A stretch of 32,000 nt of DNA from Candidatus Thorarchaeota archaeon (GTDB lineage: Archaea; Asgardarchaeota; Thorarchaeia; Thorarchaeales; Thorarchaeaceae). The notes beneath the pieces were generated by a model, which worked only from the letters and a program-made list of their open reading frames with translations, searched no databases and had not been told where the DNA came from. This document shows, in pieces, positions 1 through 8,536 of this stretch (positions within the stretch are counted from its first letter, which is position 1; each line of letters begins with the position of its first letter). The translations under genes were made by a program, and so were the position numbers. The stretch spans positions 120,001 to 152,000 of the forward strand of contig SHMX01000001.1 in the NCBI GenBank assembly GCA_008080745.1, in the 5' to 3' direction.

Positions 1-706
1 GAAATGGGAAGAATACAAGCGTATGAGCGGATATTAGAGAAAAGGCAACGTAATCACCAACACCTACAGTAACGCTTTCAGCTTGTATTCGAGTGTAATC
101 AAAAGGATCAGAACCAATATGATCCTCCATTTGCATAGATTGAATAGCTGGAGAGTGTCGTGTCAAAAAATAATCTTCAACTACTAGTGATAGAACCATT
201 ACAAACATTGTAGACGTGACCATTGTTAAACCCATAAAGACTCCAAAAATGCTCCCATAAAACACAACAAAGACATTCTTTACTGCGGGGGGGATTGCGT
301 CTATGACAATGAGTGCTAGAGCAATCATTGCTACTGCAAGAGATATCAAGGAAAGGACTCCGAACCAGACATCACGAGACCCTTTCAACAGTATGAGTAG
401 AAAGACTTGACTTACAAAGAGAGATACAAAATACAGAATTGGTGATACGACAAAGGCAACAACTAGCTTTCGTGCACCTTTACCCCGCCTTTTCATTACG
501 GTGAATAATGCAAAAACAACCGCCATACCTAGTCCTGTAGATACTACAGCTTGTAGAACTAATTCTGTTATATTGTAGTTACGCGATTCAGAGATAATCT
601 CTCCTATTACACCACTATTCAACACAGAAGATCCAATTGCAGACCCAATTACTAGAGGTAATGCAGATAGTAATATGAGAATTGTACGTTGTCTGGTTAT
701 TTTCAA
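1..706 (-). CDS. Presenilin/signal-peptide-peptidase-like (A22, GxGD) intramembrane aspartyl protease, 3' end outside the window
   Basis: Hand-translated; absent from the ORF track. AGGTG SD, then TTG at 706, and an open frame of 235 codons to the edge (MKITRQRTILILLSALPLVIG...). About 6-7 hydrophobic segments. First Asp in LVVEDYFLTRHSP (D178, nt 173-175) and TVGVGDYVAFSLISAH (D218, nt 53-55), matching the YD...GxGD layout. The PAL motif would lie beyond the window. Confidence 0.75.
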   Translation of the reverse strand, partial: MKITRQRTILILLSALPLVIGSAIGSSVLNSGVIGEIISESRNYNITELVLQAVVSTGLGMAVVFALFTVMKRRGKGARKLVVAFVVSPILYFVSLFVSQVFLLILLKGSRDVWFGVLSLISLAVAMIALALIVIDAIPPAVKNVFVVFYGSIFGVFMGLTMVTSTMFVMVLSLVVEDYFLTRHSPAIQSMQMEDHIGSDPFDYTRIQAESVTVGVGDYVAFSLISAHTLVFFPF

Positions 707-798
707 TATGAGCACCTATCAGTTCAGGACTAAAGAAATAGAATGAGTCACAGTATAAAGGAGCTTCTAATGACGTAATAATTTCTACTATTGGCATG

Positions 799-839
799 AA
801 GAAATATAAAAAAGAAAAGATTAGGGGACAGTGTCCCCT
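799..839 (-). terminator. Stem-loop plus U-tract after dppA
   Basis: AGGGGAC(823-829)-AGT-GTCCCCT(833-839), followed on the minus strand by TCTTTTCTTTTTT, ~15 nt past the dppA stop. Confidence 0.7.
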
Positions 840-853
840 TTAGTCTAAAATTG

Positions 854-2689
854 CTATTTCTGCCTCAACAGGACATATCCACCGACGAGGATAACCACTG
901 CTGCACCGACAGCACCAGCAACAACAGCCATCAACAAATCACCTTGGAACGGTGATGGTGGTGTGGTTGCTTCTGGATGCTCGATTCCAAAGAAGTAATC
1001 AGGGTTGTAGGTCAGTTCAGTGAACTCACCAGCAACATATTCGCTGATTGTGAATGGACCAGAGGTCACAAAGAATGGTTCGTCTGGATCGGTTGGGTCA
1101 GGGTTCCACTCATTCCAAGCTGGGAATTCAGGATCGGTGAAGATGTGCTTGGGTATGATAGGCTTGTATGAAACAGTGTGCAGATGCCAGAATGACTCAG
1201 AGTCGAACTCAACAATGAGTTGGTATGGAGTCTTAGCATAAGCTGCAGCAAGGTCAGTCAGGTCAGCACCATAGGGGTTGCCTGGAGCATCACGGAAGTA
1301 GTTCAGTGAAAAGGCAGCGTCCTCAGCGGTAATTGGAGTACCATCAGTCCAGGTTGCGTTCTGCAACATGTTGAAGGTGAATCGCGTATTACCGTCTGGT
1401 ACTTCTGGGTTGTCATCATGGGTCTCAGCGACGTAGGACTCAATTAACCAATTGACATCCTCACCGTCTTCATTCTGAGTGATAAGACTGTCCCAGAGCT
1501 GATTGTTGACGTTTGCTGTGTAAGCAGATGAGCTAGCCATGAAGTTGAAGGTGTCAATGTCAAGTGGGTTGCTCCAACGGAACGTACCACCGAATGGACC
1601 ACCTTGGCTCTCCTTCAAGTGAACCTTGTAGTTGGTCCACCAGCCAGGTACACCGTCGCTTACGTCGTTTACAAAGCCCTCGAACTTGTCAGTTCTGTAG
1701 GCAGATAAGAGAGTGTTTTCATAACAGATAATCATAGGACTCTCAAAGACCCAGATTCTCTGCATCTCAATAGCAGCTTCGTATACATCCTCGTATTGGA
1801 CACCATAGAGAAGTTGATCTCTCCAGCTGTCGTATGAATCATTCCTGAAGTTGGGGAAGTTCCAGTATGGCTCATCGGCGTATTCAGACCAGTACTCATA
1901 AGCGAGCCAGTCAACGTCGAAGGTACTGAAGCTTGAACCAAGGAATACGATGTCATAGTCCTCGTGGAAGTATAACCTGTTCAAGTACTCGTAGAAGTCT
2001 GTGGGTACGGAGGTTGCGTCGATGTTCAGGGCTACTAGAGCCTCTGCGACCTTCTGACCGACCTCAATAGCAATGTTTGAGGACTGGGCACATTCGACGA
2101 GAACATCAAAGTCCAAACCGCCGGGACCCTCTAGAAAGCCGTCTTCATCAACATCAGCAAAACCTGCGTCAGCAAGTAATTCTGCACCCTTTGCAACATT
2201 AGCCTCATAATATGTGTAAGGCAACTGTCCCTCGATTGTGAAGGGGTTCACAACTGGCACACAGGAGTCCTGTGGCTGTGAGAGACCATCCCATGCATCG
2301 TCAGAGATTGCCTCTTTGTCTAACGCAAAGGCAAGGGCTCTTCGGAATGAGGTATAGTTGAATGGGTATTTGTCACAGTTGATCGTGACGTATCCGTATC
2401 CGTTCCTGAGTACATTGGCGACCTCGATATCATCAGCTTGTTCCAACTGTGGAAGGAAGCTGGGATCGACCATGTCACCAATCAGGTCGATAGTATTGTC
2501 TTGTAGTGCGAGAACTTGTGCGTCATCGCCTGTGATTACGTTGAAAACCAGTTTATCAATAAATGGTCCTGTCTTTGAATGGCCAGGAAGTGCATCCTGT
2601 GCCGCGACGAGACCGGGAGAAACTGCCATCAACATAAATGCAGTAACTAATGACAGAGCAACAAGTCGTTTCACACGTGTGCTAGCCAT
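854..2689 (-). CDS. dppA: Peptide ABC transporter substrate-binding protein (family 5, OppA/DppA), circularly permuted, with N-terminal signal and C-terminal TM anchor
   Basis: Motifs FRRALAFALDKEAI, ATWTDGTPITAEDAAFSL, TSGPF and NPDY. Hydrophobic N-terminus; Pro/Thr linker then a hydrophobic C-terminal helix ending RQK. Opp versus Dpp specificity cannot be determined. Confidence 0.92.
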   Translation of the reverse strand: MASTRVKRLVALSLVTAFMLMAVSPGLVAAQDALPGHSKTGPFIDKLVFNVITGDDAQVLALQDNTIDLIGDMVDPSFLPQLEQADDIEVANVLRNGYGYVTINCDKYPFNYTSFRRALAFALDKEAISDDAWDGLSQPQDSCVPVVNPFTIEGQLPYTYYEANVAKGAELLADAGFADVDEDGFLEGPGGLDFDVLVECAQSSNIAIEVGQKVAEALVALNIDATSVPTDFYEYLNRLYFHEDYDIVFLGSSFSTFDVDWLAYEYWSEYADEPYWNFPNFRNDSYDSWRDQLLYGVQYEDVYEAAIEMQRIWVFESPMIICYENTLLSAYRTDKFEGFVNDVSDGVPGWWTNYKVHLKESQGGPFGGTFRWSNPLDIDTFNFMASSSAYTANVNNQLWDSLITQNEDGEDVNWLIESYVAETHDDNPEVPDGNTRFTFNMLQNATWTDGTPITAEDAAFSLNYFRDAPGNPYGADLTDLAAAYAKTPYQLIVEFDSESFWHLHTVSYKPIIPKHIFTDPEFPAWNEWNPDPTDPDEPFFVTSGPFTISEYVAGEFTELTYNPDYFFGIEHPEATTPPSPFQGDLLMAVVAGAVGAAVVILVGGYVLLRQK

Positions 2690-2745
2690 AATTCTCTCTA
2701 TCTCCTTTTCCGTGTCGAAATCGGATAAATAACAAATGATTATGG

Positions 2746-2760
2746 GTAATAAAAGCGTTA
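2746..2760 (-). promoter_or_regulatory. Probable archaeal BRE/TATA promoter of dppA
   Basis: Minus strand AACGCTTTTATTA ~60 nt upstream of the ATG; SD-like AAGGAG close to the start. Confidence 0.45.
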
Positions 2761-2875
2761 TGTTGTTTCTTGATACACATAGGCTTTGAAAATTATACTT
2801 GATTGAATCGAGATGTGTGTTAAGCCAACAAAATGATGGAGAGTAGAGATAGATATCTCCACTCTTTTTTAGACG

Positions 2876-3275
2876 ATTATCTCTCTCTGAGTCGTGGATT
2901 GAGGACCTGATCTAGAGTATGGCCCACAAAGGTGAAGGCCAGTGAGAGAATCGTGATCATAAGTCCTGGAAAGACCACAACCCACCAGGCACCGTTGCTG
3001 AATCCACCGGTACCCTGTGCGTCAGCCAGCATTCTGCCCCAGCTTGGTTCGTTGGGGTCGGTAAGACCGAGAAAGGCCAGACCTGACTCGGAGAGGATTG
3101 CAGCAACCACTCCTAAAGTAATATCCGCAAACAGAATGGGGGTCACATTGGGCAGGATATGTCTGAAGATGATGTAGGTGTCAGAGGCACCGATCGCCCG
3201 TGCGGACTCGACATACGCCTTGTTCTTCTCAGCCATAACTTGCGACCGTATCAGCCGCGATGTCCCCGTCCAACC
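2876..3275. repeat. Direct repeat copy A: ~400 nt identical to 6490-6889 (dppC 3' ends)
   Basis: Base-by-base comparison at offset 3614. First mismatch at 3276 T versus 6890 C; near-identity with mostly synonymous changes continues to ~3570/7185. Confidence 0.95.
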
Positions 3276-4448
3276 TAATATCGCTATCACAACGATGATA
3301 TTCTCAATGGTTGGTCCGAGGAAGGCTGCCAGGACCATCATCAGGGGCAGTCCAGGAATGACCAGAAGGAAGTCCACCACTCGCATGAGTATCTCGTCTG
3401 TCTTGCCTCCAAAGTATCCTGCAGTCAGACCTACGACGACTCCCACCCCTGTGGATAATGCAGTGGCTAAGATACCAATGGTCAATGAGATCCTAGAACC
3501 ATAGACTAACTGACTCCATGCGTCAGCTCCCTTATCCGTAGTTCCTAGTAATCCAAAGTAGTCTCCATATGCAATAACTTCAATTGATTGTAGCTTGGCC
3601 GTCACAGTCCCGGTATAATTTTGCCAAGGATTTTCTCCTTGAAAACTTCGAAATAATTTTGTTGGAGCAAGCCCGATTGCAATAGTAAGCTCATCACGAG
3701 GGTCTTCTTGTATTCCATCTTCCTCGATCATTCCACCCCATCCCTCAATGAGGTCAAAGAAGTTCAAGTCTATCCTGCGAGTCTGGTATTGTTCTGAATA
3801 GGGAGGATAGGATTGATAGACTCTTCTCCAGTTTCCTGAAGAATCTACAAGCCAAATATATACCTTGAACATCAAGCCACCAATATCTTCTTCTGCAAAA
3901 GTTCCTGTCATTGAAACTGATAAACCGAATGTGATATTTACATCACTGGGAGTGCTTTCGTAATCCCAGGAAAACGTCTGATTCACATATATAAAATCCT
4001 TACAATCAGGTAAATCACTGTACGGGTCAATTGTGTAATTTAATCGAGTCCCAGCAGTATAATCGAAAGTAAGATTCACGTGTCCCCCTTTTGTAGCATC
4101 ATTGGTGGGACTATACGAATGTGAATAGAGATGAGAAGAATTCCCAGCATAATGCACATTCGGTGTGTTCATAAAAAACGGATCAGGAGCAACCTGAGAT
4201 GTCACAACACCCTCTGGATCAAAAACAGCCATCCATTCTGGTGCAAGAAAGGTTGGTGCTATTTTATTACCAGGAGCAGGGTCATGTGTAGCTAGAGTTG
4301 GAGCTGCAATGGCAACACCAGAATAAATCAGTAGAATAGCCAGGCCGATTATTCCAATTCGATGTCGTCGATATTCTCTCCAGAAACCAGTCAATGATTC
4401 GTACCAAGTACTATCTCGCCAGCTTCCTTTTTCGGGTTCGGAAGTCAT
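2877..4448 (-). CDS. dppC: Peptide ABC transporter permease DppC/OppC paralogue 1, with large extracytoplasmic insert
   Basis: LGTTDKGADAWSQLVYGSRISL, EAA-like loop YVESARAIGASDTYIIFRHILPN, PSWGRML and LNPRLR; ~230-aa soluble domain after TM1; GAGGT SD before the ATG. Confidence 0.95.
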   Translation of the reverse strand: MTSEPEKGSWRDSTWYESLTGFWREYRRHRIGIIGLAILLIYSGVAIAAPTLATHDPAPGNKIAPTFLAPEWMAVFDPEGVVTSQVAPDPFFMNTPNVHYAGNSSHLYSHSYSPTNDATKGGHVNLTFDYTAGTRLNYTIDPYSDLPDCKDFIYVNQTFSWDYESTPSDVNITFGLSVSMTGTFAEEDIGGLMFKVYIWLVDSSGNWRRVYQSYPPYSEQYQTRRIDLNFFDLIEGWGGMIEEDGIQEDPRDELTIAIGLAPTKLFRSFQGENPWQNYTGTVTAKLQSIEVIAYGDYFGLLGTTDKGADAWSQLVYGSRISLTIGILATALSTGVGVVVGLTAGYFGGKTDEILMRVVDFLLVIPGLPLMMVLAAFLGPTIENIIVVIAILGWTGTSRLIRSQVMAEKNKAYVESARAIGASDTYIIFRHILPNVTPILFADITLGVVAAILSESGLAFLGLTDPNEPSWGRMLADAQGTGGFSNGAWWVVVFPGLMITILSLAFTFVGHTLDQVLNPRLRER

Positions 4449-4525
4449 TGTTCAATACCTCTATTAGACTCTAATAGTTACAGAAACTGCGAGATATTAA
4501 TCCAATTAATAACATTATGGAATTA

Positions 4526-4557
4526 AGAAAAAAGAAACTGGCTAGCAGATAGCCAGT
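4526..4557 (-). terminator. Stem-loop plus U-tract upstream of dppC paralogue 1
   Basis: ACTGGCTA(4537-4544)-GCAGA-TAGCCAGT(4550-4557), then TTCTTTTTTC on the minus strand. Confidence 0.65.
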
Positions 4558-4568
4558 CAAACAGTATC

Positions 4569-4877
4569 ATCAGCTGTTTTTTATTCGAGGGTATGCAACA
4601 GCTGATCAAAACGTGGACAAGCTTGGACATATATCGATTGACTCTTTGATATATTGACCTGTATACGGTAGCACCGGCAGCTCGGCCACCGGGAGTGTGT
4701 ATAATACCATCAGAAGTGGCGTTTATTAGGAATCATGTCTAAGACAGGTATGCCGCCGTGAGTTGCACGGAGGCATAAAACGCCTGTGAAGAGGAAATAA
4801 GACAGTACCAGTCCTCTGTGACCAGTGATGCAGCCTCGATGAAGCAGGAAACAGACAGCAGATGAGGACTCCGGTCC
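4569..4877 (+). ncRNA. Candidate structured RNA or mobile-element remnant (unclassified)
   Basis: Several stems: 4569-4578/4597-4606; 4629-4637/4646-4654; 4744-4760/4766-4787; 4811-4816/4864-4869; GGAC-TCCG-GTCC at 4866-4877. No credible protein. Family not recognised. Confidence 0.3.
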
Positions 4878-4881
4878 ACCT

Positions 4882-5217
4882 TTATCCAAGTTCTGTGCAA
4901 CGGTCAAGAACACCGTATAATAGGTTAGCCACAAAGTTTGCCAAGATGGCTGTAATTGCAATAATCATGAAGATTGCTTGAACGACTGGATAATCAAGAA
5001 CAAAGAAACTAGTGAAAATATAACGACCTAAACCATACCAATTGAAGACCGTTTCTATCAAAGTTGTACCAGTTATTAGACCACCAAATGTTATTGCAAT
5101 AATCGTGACCATTGGCAACATTGCATTCTTCAGACCGTGTTTGTATAATACCTGATTCTCTTCCAAACCTTTTGCTCTTGCAGTTAGAATATAATCCTCT
5201 GTCATGACATCAACAAG
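4882..5217 (-). pseudogene. 5'-truncated dppB paralogue remnant (C-terminal ~110 aa)
   Basis: LVDVMTEDYILTARAKGLEENQVLYKHGLKNAMLP...LLYGVLD is collinear with dppB at offset 395. It has no 5' two-thirds, starts directly after the dppB terminator, and the conserved DPRIKYG end is replaced by DRCTELG. Confidence 0.85.
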
Positions 5218-5220
5218 ATA

Positions 5221-5256
5221 GAAAATAAAAGAAAGGAGAAACGACCCTATGGGTCG
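5221..5256 (-). terminator. Stem-loop plus U-rich tract after dppB
   Basis: CGACCC(5242-5247)-TAT-GGGTCG(5251-5256), followed on the minus strand by TTTCTCCTTTCTTTTATTTTC. Confidence 0.65.
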
Positions 5257-5276
5257 ACTCCTCTAGGCTGAAAGGA

Positions 5277-6326
5277 TTAACCGTACTTGATCCGAGGATC
5301 TAGTACACCATACAACAAGTCAGCCACAAAGTTTGCCAAGATGGCTGTAATTGCAATAATCATGAAGATTGCTTGAACGACTGGATAATCAAGTACGAAC
5401 AGACTGTCGAAAATATATCGACCCAGCCCGTACCAGTTGAACACCGTTTCGGTAAGCGTCGCTCCGTTTATCAAGAACCCGAAGGTCATAGCAATAATCG
5501 TGACCATTGGCAACATTGCATTCTTCAGACCGTGCTTGTACAAGACTTGATTCTCGTCGAGACCCTTCGCACGTGCAGTTAGGATGTAATCCTCTGTCAT
5601 AACATCAATCAGGTTGTTTCTCATATAGAGGAAATATCCACCGTAACCTCCAACTCCTAATGCAATCATTGGAAGGAAGAGGTGATGGAGGATGTCACCT
5701 GCGATGTATAGTGCACCCAGCGGGTCTGTCTTTGCTGATACCCAGAGCTCATATGATATAGTACCACCTAGAGGAAAACCTATGAGGCCACCAGTCATAT
5801 TGGGCACATAAAATGCGAATACCATTAGTAGCATCATTCCCAACCAAAAGATTGGCAATGAGTATATGAATAACGCAAGAGTAACAGCACTAACGTCTTT
5901 TCTAGAACCAGGATCAGCAGCTACTTTCACACCAGTCCAGATACCAAGAATAATGGACACGATTGATGATGTACCCATCAAGAGAAGGGTATTTGGCAAT
6001 CGAGACATTAACTCATCAATAACCGGTTGCTGACTGATGAAAGATAGACCAAAGTTACCAGTAAACATGTTAACGAGATATCTCCAGAACATGTAGATCC
6101 AGTCAAAGATGTCTGGATCGGGAACCAGTCCGAATCGCTGGTAGAGACCTTGTAAGGCCTCTCTAGTAAGATTCCTTCTAAGTTCCTCACTGATCATGAG
6201 GTCTACTGGACTGACATCTAGTACAAGAGTAGGAAGTCTGAAGAGGAAAAAGTTGAAACATACAACAGCCACTACAAGAAGGAACATGTAGATACTTCTT
6301 CTAATGACATATTCTCGCAGTCCCAT
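5277..6326 (-). CDS. dppB: Peptide ABC transporter permease DppB/OppB
   Basis: GNFGLSF, PNTLLL, HLFLP, EDYILTARAKGL, LKNAMLP, LDYPVVQ and DPRIKY. ATG at 6326 after GGAGAGT is preferred over the ORF-track TTG at 6341. Confidence 0.95.
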   Translation of the reverse strand: MGLREYVIRRSIYMFLLVVAVVCFNFFLFRLPTLVLDVSPVDLMISEELRRNLTREALQGLYQRFGLVPDPDIFDWIYMFWRYLVNMFTGNFGLSFISQQPVIDELMSRLPNTLLLMGTSSIVSIILGIWTGVKVAADPGSRKDVSAVTLALFIYSLPIFWLGMMLLMVFAFYVPNMTGGLIGFPLGGTISYELWVSAKTDPLGALYIAGDILHHLFLPMIALGVGGYGGYFLYMRNNLIDVMTEDYILTARAKGLDENQVLYKHGLKNAMLPMVTIIAMTFGFLINGATLTETVFNWYGLGRYIFDSLFVLDYPVVQAIFMIIAITAILANFVADLLYGVLDPRIKYG

Positions 6327-6430
6327 ACTCAGACTCTCCAATTTTAAATATACCTAGTACGACTAAGTACCGTGATACAAGTTAGTATATGATTACCCCC
6401 CATATAAGGTTGATGTTTCGGGTGATGAGT

Positions 6431-6474
6431 AAAAATTGAAAAAAGAAGGAGGGAGAAAGGCCCGTAGGCCTTTC
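6431..6474 (-). terminator. Stem-loop plus pyrimidine/U tract after dppC paralogue 2
   Basis: GAAAGGCC(6455-6462)-CGTA-GGCCTTTC(6467-6474), then CCTTCTTTTTTCAATTTTT on the minus strand. Confidence 0.7.
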
Positions 6475-6489
6475 AGCCAATCATGATTT

Positions 6490-6889
6490 ATTATCTCTCT
6501 CTGAGTCGTGGATTGAGGACCTGATCTAGAGTATGGCCCACAAAGGTGAAGGCCAGTGAGAGAATCGTGATCATAAGTCCTGGAAAGACCACAACCCACC
6601 AGGCACCGTTGCTGAATCCACCGGTACCCTGTGCGTCAGCCAGCATTCTGCCCCAGCTTGGTTCGTTGGGGTCGGTAAGACCGAGAAAGGCCAGACCTGA
6701 CTCGGAGAGGATTGCAGCAACCACTCCTAAAGTAATATCCGCAAACAGAATGGGGGTCACATTGGGCAGGATATGTCTGAAGATGATGTAGGTGTCAGAG
6801 GCACCGATCGCCCGTGCGGACTCGACATACGCCTTGTTCTTCTCAGCCATAACTTGCGACCGTATCAGCCGCGATGTCCCCGTCCAACC
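6490..6889. repeat. Direct repeat copy B: identical to 2876-3275
   Basis: Direct comparison; see copy A. Confidence 0.95.
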
Positions 6890-8053
6890 CAATATCGCTA
6901 TCACAACGATGATATTCTCAATGGTCGGTCCGAGGAAGGCTGCCAGGACCATCATCAGAGGTAATCCAGGAATGACCAGAAGGAAGTCCACCACTCGCAT
7001 GAGTATCTCGTCGGTCTTGCCTCCAAAATATCCTGCAGTCAGACCAACAATGACACCAACAGCTGTGGATAATGCAGTGGCCAAGATACCAATGGTCAAT
7101 GAGATCCTAGAACCATAGACCAATTGACTCCATGCGTCAGCTCCCTTATCCGTGGTTCCCAGTACTCCAAAGTAGTCACCATATGCTACAAGACTCACTT
7201 CTTCAACAGTTAATGTTACACTTCCAGTGTAATTCAATGATGGAGTTTCACCAAGGTGATATCTGAAGTTATCTGTAGGAGCCAAACCAACTGCAACAGT
7301 TAATTCATCTGTGGGGTCTTCTTGAACTCCGTCATCTTCCACCATACCTCCCCATGCGTTGTTGAGATCAAAGAAGTTCAAGTCGATCTTTCGAGTTTGA
7401 AATTCCGAAGAATAGGGTGGAAACGATCTGTATACTCTCTGCCAATCTCCTGAAGAGTCAATTAGCCAAATGTATGTCTTAAACATCAATCCCGAGTTTT
7501 CTTCAGTGGCAAAAGTGCCAGTAAGAGAAACAGAGTAAGTAAAAGTGATGTTGACATCGCTTGGGAGTCCCTCAAATGGCCAAGTAAAGTTCTGCATAAA
7601 TATGACAAAGTCTTCTGAATCGGGATATTGGCTCATGGGATTTGGTGGAGCCCAGTTCATTCTATCTCCTGCCTTATGCTCCCATGTCATATTTACTCGA
7701 CCATCATTTCCGGCACCAGTAAAATGATCGTAGGAAAATTTACTACTATTGCCAAATGTACGAAAAGTTGGTTCGTTTGTCAGTTGGGGATCAGGCATAT
7801 ATTCATCTGTTAAAACACCTTCAGGGTCAAATACAGCCATCCACTCAGGGGCCAGAAAAGATGGTGCAACTTTTTTCCCTGGAGCGGGATCATGTGTTGC
7901 AAGCCAAGGAGCGGCAAAAGCCATACCAACAAATAGGAAAAGTACAATAATTCCTAGTATGCCTATCTTATGTTTTCTGTATTCTTTCCAGAATCCGGTG
8001 AGGCTCACGTACCAGTTGCTGTCTTTCCAACTGGAGCTTTTTGAATCGGACAC
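6491..8053 (-). CDS. dppC: Peptide ABC transporter permease DppC/OppC paralogue 2, with large extracytoplasmic insert
   Basis: Same motifs as paralogue 1; GGAGGT SD 6 nt before the GTG start. Confidence 0.95.
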   Translation of the reverse strand: MSDSKSSSWKDSNWYVSLTGFWKEYRKHKIGILGIIVLFLFVGMAFAAPWLATHDPAPGKKVAPSFLAPEWMAVFDPEGVLTDEYMPDPQLTNEPTFRTFGNSSKFSYDHFTGAGNDGRVNMTWEHKAGDRMNWAPPNPMSQYPDSEDFVIFMQNFTWPFEGLPSDVNITFTYSVSLTGTFATEENSGLMFKTYIWLIDSSGDWQRVYRSFPPYSSEFQTRKIDLNFFDLNNAWGGMVEDDGVQEDPTDELTVAVGLAPTDNFRYHLGETPSLNYTGSVTLTVEEVSLVAYGDYFGVLGTTDKGADAWSQLVYGSRISLTIGILATALSTAVGVIVGLTAGYFGGKTDEILMRVVDFLLVIPGLPLMMVLAAFLGPTIENIIVVIAILGWTGTSRLIRSQVMAEKNKAYVESARAIGASDTYIIFRHILPNVTPILFADITLGVVAAILSESGLAFLGLTDPNEPSWGRMLADAQGTGGFSNGAWWVVVFPGLMITILSLAFTFVGHTLDQVLNPRLRER

Positions 8054-8212
8054 ATTCTTACCTCCAATGCTGGGAGTTCGCAGGCAAAGGCCCTTATGAA
8101 AGCACCGCTTTCTGATTCCTAATACCTACTGTCCCTATGTACTGCTAACTATAACGGGGTGATTGTATGCTAAAAAAACTGCCTATCTCGGTATTCGTTG
8201 AAAATCGCATTT

Positions 8213-8536
8213 TCAATCAGAAGAATCCTCCAACGTATCAATAAAGGGATCGTCAGGAGTCACAGCTTCCTCAGCATGCATTCGCTTCTCTCGGGCTTTG
8301 ATAATATCTTTGGTTCGACGCGATGCCGCCCATAAATCTGCAAAGACCATTCCGACAAGGAACACTGTCAATACCCCAGTGAATGATAATAGAATTCCGA
8401 TAAATCTCAAGCTATCGTGAAGAAGTGCTAGGCCCAGACCACCAAATATCAAGATAAAAGGTATTGCCAAAATCCTCTTTCTTGGTTCCTCACGCGTTTC
8501 TGGGAACGACTTGATTCTCGGACTCATTGGTATCAA
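8213..8536 (-). CDS. Small two-TM hypothetical membrane protein
   Basis: Two hydrophobic segments (ILAIPFILIFGGLGLALL; FIGILLSFTGVLTVFLVGMVF) and a charged tail. The start is uncertain. Confidence 0.6.
   Translation of the reverse strand: MIPMSPRIKSFPETREEPRKRILAIPFILIFGGLGLALLHDSLRFIGILLSFTGVLTVFLVGMVFADLWAASRRTKDIIKAREKRMHAEEAVTPDDPFIDTLEDSSD

Noticed and set aside
615-797. 60-aa minus-strand ORF
   Set aside because: Out of frame with, and overlapping the start and promoter of, the much better supported GxGD protease ORF.
4560-4880. Hammerhead ribozyme, group II intron domain V or IS end in the structured segment
   Set aside because: CTGATGA (minus, ~4566) and CAGATGAG (4859) lack a correctly placed GAAA. 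The DV-like hairpin at ~4657-4684 lacks a GNRA loop and has a G-G mismatch at the triad. GGGAGTGT at 4691 has no matching inverted repeat.
4710-4961. 83-aa minus-strand ORF
   Set aside because: An alternate frame over the dppB remnant and the hairpin region; no SD and no protein-like features.
4882-5610. dppB/dppB-remnant pair (and the dppC pair) as a diversity-generating retroelement TR/VR
   Set aside because: Mismatches are not adenine-specific (e.g. GGG/GGT, CTG/TTA, TTC/TTT) and are mostly synonymous. No reverse transcriptase is present in the window.
2932-7118. Duplicated plus-strand ORFs (2932-3177/6546-6791 and 3178-3504/6792-7118)
   Set aside because: Antisense shadows of dppC, duplicated only because dppC is duplicated.
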